Below are positions 12,562 to 25,311 of a stretch of DNA of 64,000 nucleotides, piece by piece (positions within the stretch are counted from its first letter, which is position 1; every line of letters starts with the position of its first letter). This stretch comes from Octopus sinensis. Lineage: Eukaryota. The stretch lies in the NCBI RefSeq assembly GCF_006345805.1, contig NC_043003.1, positions 27,590,001 to 27,654,000 on the forward strand. Direction: 5' to 3'. Made by a program: the position numbers and the translations under genes. The notes under the pieces are model-generated. The model did not search any database, was not told the origin of the DNA, and saw nothing but the letters and a program-made list of their open reading frames with translations.

Positions 12562-13659
12562 TGTGTGTGTGTTTGAAAAAATGAATAGAAATGGCTTTTC
12601 TGATAATTTTTCCACCAGAAAAGTCATTTCTATTGATTTTATCAGAAAAGCCATTTCTATTAATTTCTTTCAAATATATAATACTGCTCCAAGGACTTTC
12701 TATTTCTTATTTTACTATATATATATACATACAGACAGACAGAAAGGTATATGGGTATTGTGCTATAAACAGACATATGAATAAAACAGTTATACAGTTA
12801 AACATATAAATATACTAGAAATAACAATCTAGATGTAAGAATATTAAAATAAATATCTGTATGAGGCTGCAGACATTGTGATCTCAAAGTTTCATATACT
12901 ACATACACAATCATCAGCAAAGGAAGAGAGAGAGAGAAAAAGGTCATATAATGATACATATCTATTTCAGTGTAAGTATAATGTTAATTGATTTTCATTA
13001 AAGAAACAAAATGTAATAGAACAGACAGGCTAAAAATACGTGTACTATATAAAGATACTTACATTTTTCGGAAAATATATGCAAATGAATTAACATTATA
13101 GAGTACTCTAATACATTTAGAAGGAGCTAAATATTAAATCTTGCATTATATGTATTCATTTTCATTCATTCATCATCCTCATTTAATGTCTACTTTTCCA
13201 TGCTAGTATGGGTCGGACAGAATTTGTTGAGGCAGATTTCTTCCTACAGCTGGATGCCCTTCCTGTCACCAACTCTTAGCAGTTTCCAAACAAGGGAATA
13301 TTTCCCCATAGCTAGACATATTTTTCTCAGAAGACTGGAAATGAACAACTTCGCTTGTATGACAGGGATGCTTGTTTACAACCATCACATGATGTCTAGT
13401 CAAAGGTACACAAAGATACAAACACACAAGTTTCTTTCAGTTTCTGTCTACTAAATCCAACCAGTGTGTGTGTGTATGTGTGTGTCTGCACGCATGTGCA
13501 TGTTTGTACATAGAAACACACATACAGTGCAATAATACTATTCCTTATTCCAACATAAATGTTAATGATATGCCAGTGCATGATATCTTGAGACAGGGAT
13601 AATTAAAGTCTCAAATGAATGTATATTTCAGTATGTGTTCATATTAATTGTTTGTTGTC

Positions 13660-13886
13660 AGTAGACATTGATGCACACATCAAGAAACAACACAGCTCCC
13701 ATGACTTTCGGAAACATTTTTTCACGCTCAGAGTTGCTGAAGCATGGAATAAACTGCCTGCGTCAGTTGTTGACTGCCATGACACTGCATCCTTTAAGGC
13801 CCTCATGCTTTCCGAAATCCGCCGAAACTACACCTGATTATATATACACTTTAGATGAGTTGTAGTGCACCTGAGCACTGTACACA

Positions 13887-13895
<9 letters not shown>
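13660..13895 (+). mobile_element. CR1-type LINE 3' fragment
   Basis: HSSHDFRKHFFTLRVAEAWNKLPASVV; tail gtgcacctgagcactgtacacaat(tat)n. Confidence 0.8.
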
Positions 13896-13929
<34 letters not shown>

Positions 13930-14414
13930 CAGAAACATACATATATACAAACACACACACACATACATATATATATATATTTATAAACATGCACACATAC
14001 ATATAGTCAGACAAAGAAAGAGAACATTGAACAGACCTGGTTTTAACAAATATTTAATGTTAGTGAAAACAATTTGCGGAGACTGGCTATAGTGTAAGTT
14101 GGTTTACAACATATTATATATATAAAGCAAATTAATTATTAGGTGCATAATTAACAATGTTTGTTTAGTTCACCATGAATTACCTTTTGTTAATGACTGA
14201 TGGCATTTAAAAGTTTGATTGAGGTTAATGATTAGCTTTGATTGTCAGTTGACCCAAACAGGATTTGACATTATATATTAATGAACTTGATGAAATTGTT
14301 ATGGTGAAGCAGCTTAGTTAGCGATGAATGCCTTCACATCAACAATAGTAACCCCTAATAACCACACCACCTGAATACAAGCTTTCACCATTAACTAACT
14401 GTATTGCTTCTCTG

Positions 14415-15065
14415 GACATCAACACACTAAAACTTCTAAGTCTGGCAGCTGACTTGGTAGAAGCTTACAAGATTATCTACCATCTTTCCAACTACAAATT
14501 TGGACACCTTTCTGAATTCAATACCTCTACCACATGCAGACATGCTTATAAAATAAAAAAACCAGCACAACAATAGGTGCAGGAGTGGCTGTGTGGTAAG
14601 TAGCTTGCTAACCAACCACATGGTTCCGGGTTCAGTCCCATTGCGTGGCATCTTAGGCAAGTGTCTTCTGCTATAGCCCCAGACTGACCAATGCCTTGTG
14701 AGTGGATTTGGTAGATGGAAACTGAAAGAAGCCTGTCGTATATATGTATATATATATATGTGTGTGTGTGTGTGTCTGTGTTTGTCCCCCTAGCATTGCT
14801 TGACAACCGAAGCTGGTATGCTTACGTCCCCGTCACTTAGTGGTTCAGCAAAAGAGACCGATAGAATAAGTACTGGGCTTACAAAGAATAAGTCCCGGGG
14901 TTGATTTGCTCGACTAAAAGTGGTGCTCCAGCATGGCCGCAGTCAAATGACTGAAACAAGTAAAAGAGTAAAGAGAGAGAGAGTAACACCCATGACTTTT
15001 AGAAACATCTTCCCAGGTTCAGAATTGTCAAGGCATGGAAGAAAGTACCAGTTGTTAGTTATCAG
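14415..15065 (+). mobile_element. Decayed CR1-type fragment split by a family-A SINE
   Basis: LAADLVEAYKII...HAYKIKNQH before the SINE; cccatgacttttagaaac (HDFR) resumes after it. Confidence 0.65.
14575..14972 (+). mobile_element. SINE family A, full length
   Basis: Same structure as 680-1068; other plus copies at 32697-33135, 56535-56945, 59678-60072. Confidence 0.85.
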
Positions 15066-15209
15066 AGTGGTCGGGTTCATTTTTAGTATTCCCATTTGTG
15101 AGAACAGTGAAGTTTATTTCAGATATTCTCATCTTAAAAATCATCTCTGGCTAATCATTGAGAGGACATTGGTGTTGCTTTGGTGGAGGTTTATGCTCTC
15201 TGAGTGCTC

Positions 15210-15246
<37 letters not shown>

Positions 15247-15419
15247 TGAAGGCAGTGAGCTGGCAGACTCATTACCATGCTAGACGAAATGCTTGGCAGT
15301 ATTTCACCTGTTACTATGTTCTGAGTTCAAATTCTGCCAAGGTCAGCTCTGCCTTTCATCCTTTCAGGGTCAATAAATTAAGCACCAGTGAAACACTGGA
15401 GTCGATGTAAATGTCAGGA

Positions 15420-15600
15420 CTTATTATTATTATTTAAGACGTCACACAGTATCCTATATCGTGATGTTGTTGATTGAAGATATTGTGTCTACCGGAGCAG
15501 GCAGACAGTGCTTTATGCAATATGCATGCAGTCCCAAGTAATGCCAACTTTTGCAAGACATCTAGATGGTAGGGTATTTCTAAAGTTTCCAAATGTCAGG
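15420..15600 (-). mobile_element. R4/Dong-like LINE 3' fragment
   Basis: Minus translation HLETLEIPYHLDVLQKLALLGTACILHKALS; ends at (AAT)n. Confidence 0.65.
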
Positions 15601-15899
15601 ACTTGTACCTTTAGTAGAAAGGATTATTCTCATCATCATCATTATTATTATTATTATTATTATTATCATTATTATTATTATTATTGAAGGTGGTGAGCTA
15701 GCAGAATCATTACTGCACCTGACAAAATGATTTGCAGCATTTCGCCCGTCTTCACATTCTGAGTTCAAATTCTACCGAGATTGACTTTGCCTTTCATTCT
15801 TTCAGGATCAATAAATTAAGTACCACTTGAACACTGGGATCAATGTAATCGACTAGTCCCCTCTCCCCAAATTTCAGGCGTTGTGCCTTTAGAAGAAAG

Positions 15900-16330
15900 G
15901 ATTATTATTATTATTATTATTATTATATTTTAACTCTCAGAGCTTTCAATCTTACTCTGGTTAATTCTGTGAGAGCAGACAGTATCCTGTTGTCAAAGGC
16001 CTCACAGGGTCTCTTTCACAAATTATATAAGTCTTGGTAGTTAGGTGTTAAGTTTCATGAGATACTCAACACCCAAGTACCAATCTCAAAATCCTAGCTG
16101 TCCCCAATAGAGCAGTTTTGGGTAATACTCTGCCCTCATACCAAAACCAATTTTTCTCACATATTTCTTGAACTTGATTGTTAGTGCTCCTAGTGCCCCT
16201 ACAACTACAGTTATGACATTTACTCTCTTCATTGCCTTGCAATTTTTTCCTTTTTTCTGGAGACGGTGTCTTGATAAAAATATTGGTAATTGTGAGAGTA
16301 ATGGATAAAAGAATTAATACAAACAATGGT
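15900..16330 (-). mobile_element. R4/Dong-like LINE 3' fragment, diverged from the other two
   Basis: KTALLGTARILRLVLGC; 3' UTR ends at (AAT)n near 15900-15928. Confidence 0.65.
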
Positions 16331-16585
16331 ATAAATGAGGATGGAACTATAGGTGATGGGCTTTCACCCGCCAGATGCCTTACAGGTGACCCGCACAGGC
16401 CCAGTTATCATTATATGGCTGCCAGAACAAAATGGCCCAACAATGATGAATTATCATTATTCATTTCTTTCTTCTCATCCTTAACGTAAATACCTACACA
16501 AATTGTTGTCTGTTCTTTGTGATGTCTCCTCGCCTATACCCCTATGGTTAATAAAATTATTACTATTATTATTATTGTTGTTGTG

Positions 16586-16635
<50 letters not shown>

Positions 16636-18439
16636 AACCACCACCACTACTATTACCCTTTCATGTCTGTTGAAATAATCTTCGTTTCAATTAATTTTGA
16701 AAATAATGGAGAATTTAATGAAATAACTAATTACCAAACTGATGTTTGGGATATAAATTAATATGAAATTTTGATGTAAGGTTTTAATTTAAATCACTTT
16801 ATAAACAAGAAGTTTGTATCAAAGGATGAACGGTGGAGTGAGGTGTATTAAAAGTGTTACATGACAATAATAATTAGAAACAACAATAGTAGCCAACTGT
16901 CCCTCGGATTATAGCCAAACATTCACCAGCATAGCTAGAGGGGGAGGCAGAAGGGACAGTCATGCCCCAGGTGGTGCTTTTATGGTGGCAGAACCAGTTT
17001 TGGCTCTGCTGTAGGCAATATGTATTTTTTGTGGGAGCCTGGGGGGGTAGCAAACTAAACCCATCCCCCCAGCAGCCCACATTCTAGCTTTGTTAGTGCA
17101 ATCATTTTAAATAACAGAAGCATATATTGAATTATGTCGTTCCTAATATTAAAAAATGACCGGATGGTCATTGCTGGAATGTCTTTGATCAATGGTCTAT
17201 TTGATCAAGGCTTACTTATGGCAAAAAAAAATTTGCAGTAACAACAAACATAGTAGTTATGACCACCACAACTGTAAACAACAAAAACAAACAAGAGCAA
17301 GGAACAATATGAAACTGAGCCAAAGAGGGAGCCTATAGTTAGTCAATTTGCTAGAAATAGCAAATTTCTGTCAAAGTAGTATCTTTGCTTGCTTAAAAAA
17401 GAGAAGGAGATATAGCATATCAAGGATAATGTAGTCCTGTGTATATTAACCCTTAAAAGACGATTAGATAATCCTAGACTGAATCTTTTTGATCACAGAT
17501 CTGCTTAATCAGGATTAACCTCAAGCTAAATAGCATCAAAAGCTACAGGCAACCACCACAACCACCTCCATGAGCAATTACAAAAAATAACAATTATTAG
17601 AAAACATTATTATTATCATTGTCTTATTATTATTAACAACAACAATAATAATAATAATAATAATAATAATATCTACCCCTTCTTCCATCTTAAATAATCA
17701 ATTTTACTGATATTTTTCTTAATTTTGATAATTTATTTTCACTTCTGTTTTAATAACAATTATTGATTAGAGCACAATAATTGTCTGTGTATGTGAGTGT
17801 ACAACACATTCCAGAGTAACTGATGCATACACATAGACATATGTATACATAAACAGAGGCAAATGCACACAGGCATGAATAGACATATACACACACACAT
17901 ATATACAGTATACATAAACACACACAAATGCATAAGCATACATATAAATACATAGAGGTGTGCATATAACATACACAAACACAGAGAAGTATATAATGAT
18001 ATAAACATACGAATTAAGGCACACAAGCACATATAAATACATGCATATTTAATTAAATTATAGTAATAATTGTTTCCAACTTTTATCAAAGACACAAAGG
18101 GTCACACAGTTTGGGGAAGGGCAGAGAAAATGAGTAATTGATTATAACGATCTCAATATATAACCAGTACCTTATTTTATCAACCCTGGAAGGAAAAATG
18201 TTAAATTGAAATCTGGTGGAATTCAAATTTGGTTATCTAAAGGAAAGCAATTTAATACCACAGATAATTCTGACTGTGGGTCTAATACAGTGCTGGCCAA
18301 CCTGAGGTCTGCAGACTTTTATCTTGCAGCCTGCTTGATACTTTCTTGAAATGGGTTTATTTAAACAAACATTTTAAAAATTGTATCAAAAATTAAAGAT
18401 TGTGATGCAAAGTAAGAAAGAAAGATACTACTGTTTTTG

Positions 18440-20538
18440 CAACCATAATATTTCATGTTGAAGGGCAAAGTTAACCTCGGCAGAATTTGAACCCAGAACG
18501 TAAAGATGTAAGAAATGCCACTAAGCATTTCATCCAGCATACTAACAATTCTGCTAGCTCGCCACCTTAATAATAATAGCAATAGTTTCAAATTTTGGCA
18601 CAAGACCAACAATTTTAGGGGAGGGGTAAGTCAACCCCCAGTACCTAACTGATTCTTCTTTTATTGACCCAGAAAGGATGAAAAAGAAAATTGATTTAAG
18701 TGGAATTTGAACAATTACAATGATAAGCACATGCACACTGATAGACATTGCAATCCCTTCTGACCAAAAATACTGTTCTAAAAAATCTTGAAATTGAAAG
18801 ATGGGGGTATGAAGTTGAAAACAATACCAATGTTAACTGGAACATGAGATAAGACTTTTAAAAAATCAAACAAATGGAAGCCATATTAAAATTCACACTA
18901 CACACTGTCCAAAAAATAGCTATACCAGGAACAGCCCATATCCTGTGCAAGACATATCACTTCAACTGAATAGGCTGAAAAGAACAATCTTCATACAGCA
19001 CACACCTGATATAATAAATACCTAATAATCTAAAACAATACAACTCATGCAACATTAATACACAATAAAATAACACATTATATACAACAGAACAAGCATT
19101 AATATAACATAAAAAGCAACTGTTTAAACCCCATAATAAAATAAACTGTATTGTCTGGTATGCTAACAATTCTGCCAGCTTGCCTCTTTAAATAATAATA
19201 AATAATAGACCTTTCTACTATAGGTACAAAGCTTGAAATTTGTGGAGAGGGGACTTTTCCTGCAAGTTTCATCAAATACCATTCACAACTTTTTGAGTTA
19301 TTTTGCATACAGATGGACAAACCAATGCTGATAAAAACATAACTTCCTACCTTGGCAGAGGTAATAATAATAATAATAATAATCTAATAATAATAGTGGA
19401 TTCAAATTTTGGGGGAGGTGTTAAGTTGATTACACTGACCCCAGTGTAACGATTCTGCCAACGATTCTGCCAACTCATTACCGTAATAGTAATAGTAGCA
19501 AAGTTTAGCATAAAGCCAGCAATTTTAGTGGGAGGGGACCAATCAATTATATCAACCCTTGTACTTGACTTGTATAGGTTAACTTCAGTGGGATTTGAAC
19601 TCAGAACATGTAGTACTAGAAGAAATTCCACTAAGCATTTTATTCTATGCACTAACAATTGTGCCAGCTCGTTACCTCATAGTTTAAGATTTTGGCATGA
19701 TGCCAAAAATCTTGAGGGGATGGGTTTCATCACTATCAGTGATCCCGGTACTTCACAGGTACTTTATTTTATTTACTCAGAACAGATGAAAAACAAAGTT
19801 GAACTCAGATGGATTTGAATTCAGAATGCAAAGAACCACAAGAAATGCCACTAAACATTTTGTCTGACAAGCTAATGATTCCGTCAACACGCCACCTTAC
19901 ACTACTACTATTAATAATGATAGGGTAAAAGGTAAAGAACCTATTTGGTCATGAATGACCATGGGATTGTACCTAGAAAGATACCCTCTGAGGCACAAGT
20001 CCAGGCAAGGTTGTTTATGGAAGGCCAGCTGTCACCCATGCATACCAGCCTCCCCTCTCCACACCACTGATGTTATCCAAGAGAAAGTCAAAGGTGAATA
20101 CAGCTTGGCATCAGTGACACTACAACCCATATGTACAGCTGAGTGAACTGGAGCAACGAGAAATAAAGTGTCTTGCTCAAGAATACAACAGAGCTCACTC
20201 TGGGCATTGAACTCACTAACTCATGATTGTGAGCCTGACATTCTAATCACTGAGCCATGCACCTTCACATTAATAATAATAATAGTAATCACAAGACTGA
20301 TAATAATAATAATAATAATAATAACAATAATAATAATGATGACAGTTTCAAATTTTGGCACAAGGCCAGCAAATTTGGGGGAAGGGCTAGATGATTACAA
20401 CAGCCCCAGTGCTCAACTGCTACTTATTTTATTGACCCCAAAATGATGAAAAGTAAAGTTGACGCTGGCAGAATTTGAACTCAGAATGTGAAGAAGAACA
20501 AAATGCTGTTAAGCTAACAATTCTGTCAGCTTGTCACC

Positions 20539-20570
<32 letters not shown>

Positions 20571-20700
20571 CCTTTCTACTAAATGCACAAAGCCTAAAAT
20601 TTTGGGGACAGGGAGCTAGTCAACCACATTGACCCCAGTGTTTCCACTGGGATTTAATTTATTGACCCTGAAAGGATGACAGGCAAAGTCAACTTCAGAA
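18440..20700 (-). mobile_element. Cluster of family-B SINEs separated by (AAT)n, with a family-C SINE at 19925-20265
   Basis: Repeated gaatttgaactcagaa / gaccccagt / aggatgaaaggcaaag blocks; similar clusters at 6820-10025, 25135-25640 and 39165-40355; plus copies at 15245-15900. Confidence 0.8.
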
Positions 20701-21658
20701 TAATAATAATGATTTGTTTTATTGGTTGCAAGGGTCCAAGACAGGGTGAGGGCAATATCAAAGGGAGAAATATAATGTACAAAATGTAGGGTTTACACTG
20801 ATGAAAAGGAAACCAACATGAACAACAATTTCTTTGCTTAGCCGCAAGGGCCCAAGATGTTGTGGAGAGAGTATAAATGGAAGCTGCAAAAGGGGAATCA
20901 AACAAGAAAGAGGAGGTGGAGGAAGATTTGGCAAGAATTAAAAATAACAGCATCAAATAAAATATCAAAAAATAAAATTGTATATATATGTGTGTGTGTG
21001 TTTGTATGTATAGTTATATGTGTATGTATGCATAACTGTATGAGAGAGTGTATGCATAAATGTGCATGTGTGTGTGTGTGTACGCAAGGATGAGGAAATG
21101 TTTAGCGAAGCAATTATTATCCTTATTATTTATAGTATATTGTTCTTTAAATATGCTCTCTCATTCACAAAAGTGGTGGTAGTAATGATAATGGTGGGAG
21201 TGGTGGTGGAGGTTACAATTACCGAAGTGGGTTGAAGGTCAAAAGGTTACAAAAAGCAGAAGCTAAGTAAAAAAATTAAAAACAAAAACTGCAGAATATT
21301 AAATATAGCTGTACAATATAACAACAACTATTAACATTACTACGACACAAAGAGATCTATTAATTATTTTTAGTATAAAAAAAAAGTAGGACTACAATTA
21401 ACAACAACAACAACAGCAATAGCAACCACTACTGAGAAGCAAAGGTGCAAGATTTTAAGTAGCAGTGTGGGTTTTCAGTGCTGAAGTGATGACAGGCCTT
21501 ACCTCGGAAAACCACCACAGAGCGTGAGCCATAGAAGATGAAATACCCTGTGGTCAACAAGGGTGACAACAGCAGCAACGGCAACAACAACAGCAGCACC
21601 GACAGCAGCAGTCGCAGAAGGAGAAGAAGAAGAAGAAGGAGAAGAAGGTAAACAGGAA

Positions 21659-22270
21659 GGAATGTATGTTGTTTGTCTACAGTTTGAGGGTTTAGGAAGT
21701 GGGTTATTTGTGGGTCAATGATGGGTCAATCGTGGATTGATTGAGGAATGTATGTTGTTTGCCTACAGTTTGAGGGTTTAGGAAGTGGGTTATTTGTGGG
21801 TCAATGATGGGTCAATTGTGGATTGATTGTGGGAGAGTCAGGGGTTTATGGTGGGTTATTTGTGGGTTGGTTATGGGTCAATTGTGGGTTACTTTTGAGT
21901 TGACTGCGGGTCGAATGTGGGTTACTCGTGGGGTTGGTTGTGGAATATTTGTTGGTTCATTGTGGGTCAACTGCAGGTTCCTTGTGGACTGCTTGTGGGT
22001 TATTTTATGGTTGATTATGAGTTATGTATGGGTTGATTGTTGATTGCTTGTGGGTTAGCTTTGGGATATTAGGGAGAGGGATTGACAGTGGATTGATTGT
22101 GGATTACTTATGTATTGATTGTAAATTATTTGTGGATTCCTTGTAGGTTATTCATGGGTTGGTTGGGAGTTACCTGTGGGTTGACTGATGATAAATTGTT
22201 GATATTGTAAGTCACTTGTGGGTTATTTGCATTAACTGTGGGTAATTATGGGTTACTTGTGAACTGATTG
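21659..22270 (+). repeat. 86-bp tandem duplication running into a degenerate (TTGTGGG)-like G/T-rich tract
   Basis: 21659-21744 repeated at 21745-21829; many tgtggg/ttatggg units. Confidence 0.8.
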
Positions 22271-25200
22271 TTGGTTACTCATATCTGTTCACTGTCTAGC
22301 ATTTTTTATAGCCGAGTTTGGATTTTCTTTCTTTTAGGTTGTTTGTTGACTCTTGAAAGGCTTGCATTAGAATAACTTAGAAAGGTTTTGGCCAGTATTG
22401 GCCCAGGTCATGTCTAACTTAATAGCACTGTGTTTCTTCTAATTCTTGCATGAATTGTTGTGGGATGACTTAAGCTTGGTGAGGGTTCGTTTAGGGGATT
22501 ATTTAGGCTTTGTGTGTTGTTGGCTGTTTTGTAAAATGTGGCAGTTTGAATATGTCACAACCTCCGTTATTTTGATTTTTGCTTAGTGGTTGTGAGACAG
22601 TATAGCTAAATGGTTATAGTGCTGATATTTGGATAAACACATAGTTTGTGTGTTCAAACCTGACCACTGCCACTGCAATGTATCATTGCATAAAATTGGC
22701 TGTACTGTCTTCAGTAAGTGGGAATAGAAGACAGACCCAGTCCAAAGCAGAACAGATTCATGCAAAAATGTATATTAGTAGACCTGTTCAATTCAAGTCA
22801 ATGTTTTGAGGAAAAAGTGTAGAATTTGCACACAAGATGTGAATAAATAACGACAAAACAAACATAAAGCAACGGGTTTAACTTCTGTTAATAGTTAACT
22901 CCATCTAGTTCTACTTCAGCCAACATGTTCTAATATGGTACTAGAGGATTGATAAGTAAGGAGGCCACTGTGTCATGGTAATAGTTCTGTCTTTTATCTT
23001 CTTCAGTACGTTCTAGGCACTGTAAGGGACCTTATCGAGTTAATTCTTAATTTCCCGCATGACAAAGAACTGCATTGGTCAACCAGTTCCAAAACACATG
23101 ATGTCCCAAGAACCATATTAACCTTGTTTACATTCATTTTCAAGGAAGTGAAGAATTCTCTGATGTATGTGAGAGAAACAATAATCTCTTCATCTATAAT
23201 TAATTTCTGTTCTGTAATTGAATCATTACAGGACTGGGCATTTTTAACTAGGAAAACCTTCAATGGGACATTAAAAGTTCATTTCTATTATCAGTATGTA
23301 AGGTGTATGCATAGAGTGGATGGCTAACATTTTCAAAGAACACTTAAAATGATCTATTCTTTACAATCCAGGATGACCCTATACCACAGCAGGAGATGAT
23401 AACACCAACATCAAACTGACTGAACTGTAAGTTTACAGCTGAAATACTCCAGACAACATTGCCCCAGCATGACCACAGAAACCAGCAAAAATAAAGCCAT
23501 CCTGTCTTTCTATATGTCCATGGTTACATTTACTTTGTCGTTTTTTTTTCCTTTAAAATAACAGGGAATGACTTCAGAGTGATTTAGCTGATATTTCTAG
23601 CTGTTAAGGCAACTATGTAGTGGTCTCTCATTGGGTTGTCATTAAACACAGATTAAACAATAATGTAGGAAACTCCATAGTTGACAACAAAAGTTTCTTC
23701 ATCGGTTTCAAGGTTAGTTTTTTGTTCAACATATTAGTGTTACATGCAGGTGTTTACCATGCAAGCATGACTACATGCGGTATATATAAAACTGGGTTAA
23801 TTGCAGGTAATAACAACAAAGAAGTTCAAAAGCCAGCATTGATGGGAAGGAATAGTAATCACGCTGAGGTGTATTCAATAACCTGGTAAGTAACAGATAC
23901 ATAGTTCAAATCATGCCAGGGAGCCTATTTTTCAGTCTTATCTGAAGCTTGTTTTTGTTTTGTTTTGTATTATTATAACAGCTTAGTTAGAAGAAGGGAT
24001 AGCAAACATGACCCTTTTCAGGGCTTGTGAGTCTTATGGGAGGAAGGGAAGAAGTTATCCAAAGATTAAAACCTGAACCAAATGCTTCTAACAGAGTGGA
24101 GCCTGGTAAAGACACCTAAGGTGCTAGGTGAGGGCAAAAAATTTTGTCTACCAACCAAAAATAGGAATAGTCCCTTCAGTGGGCTTCCACACAGTTTCCA
24201 TCACCCAATTTTCATTCCCATAGCCTTGGTTTACGTTCACCCAATGTTATAGCAGAAAACGCTTGCCAAGTATGCTCTAAAGTAGGATTGAACCTGGAAT
24301 CATGTAGTTTCTAAGCAAATACCTAAAACACACAAGCATCCACACCTGAACTTATGTTTAATGTAAATATCATTTACATTAAAACCTTAGCAGTTAATTT
24401 GTAATTTGAATTATGGGGTTATTTTTCATTGCATACTGTGAACCAACATGGGACACACTGTTATGTTGGCCATTAACAGAATGTCAAACAATAAATATAT
24501 ACTTTTAGTTTCATCAGTGGATCAGTTTTTCCTCTTTTCTGTCTCACATATTAACTCTATAGTGGCCAATGTCTTTTATTTTAACCCTATTGATACCAAC
24601 CTGTCTAATTCTATGACACAAACTTCATATTTTGAAATGAACTAAATTAAAGCCTTCCACCAAAATTTCATGTTAATTTAAGTTTTAAACACCAGCTTAG
24701 TAACGACAAAATTATTTTGCTAATTCTACATTATTTTCAAAACTAACTGTGACAAAAGCAGTATATTTCAACATTCATATGATCACAAAAGGGCTAACAT
24801 AATTTTATCTGGCTTCATTTTTATTTTTAATTTTCCATGGTCAGTAAAGAGCTATGATAGAAGCCGCTGGCCCTAAATACTGCACAGTAGGACTGAACCT
24901 GGAACCACATGGGTGGAAAACGATCTTAACAGTTACACAACTTATAACATCAGCAGCAATACTACTACTTTGTAAAAATACAAAACCTTGTTTCATTTTA
25001 ATATTATATTGCAGTTTTCAGACTATTAACCTCATAATGTAGAGGTATATATTGTAAATATATACACCTGCAATACATTCCAATCGTTTCTACCTTCATA
25101 CAAGTCTAATGAATACAAAGAATGGAATGCAGAGTTGATCTCAGTGGAATTTGAACTCAAAACATAAAGCTGGTAGAAATGTTGTTGAGCATTTTGTCCA

Positions 25201-25280
25201 GTGTGCTAATGATTCTGCCAGCACAGCACCACTACCACCACCACCACAATAATAATAATAATAATAATATAATAATAATA

Positions 25281-25311
<31 letters not shown>

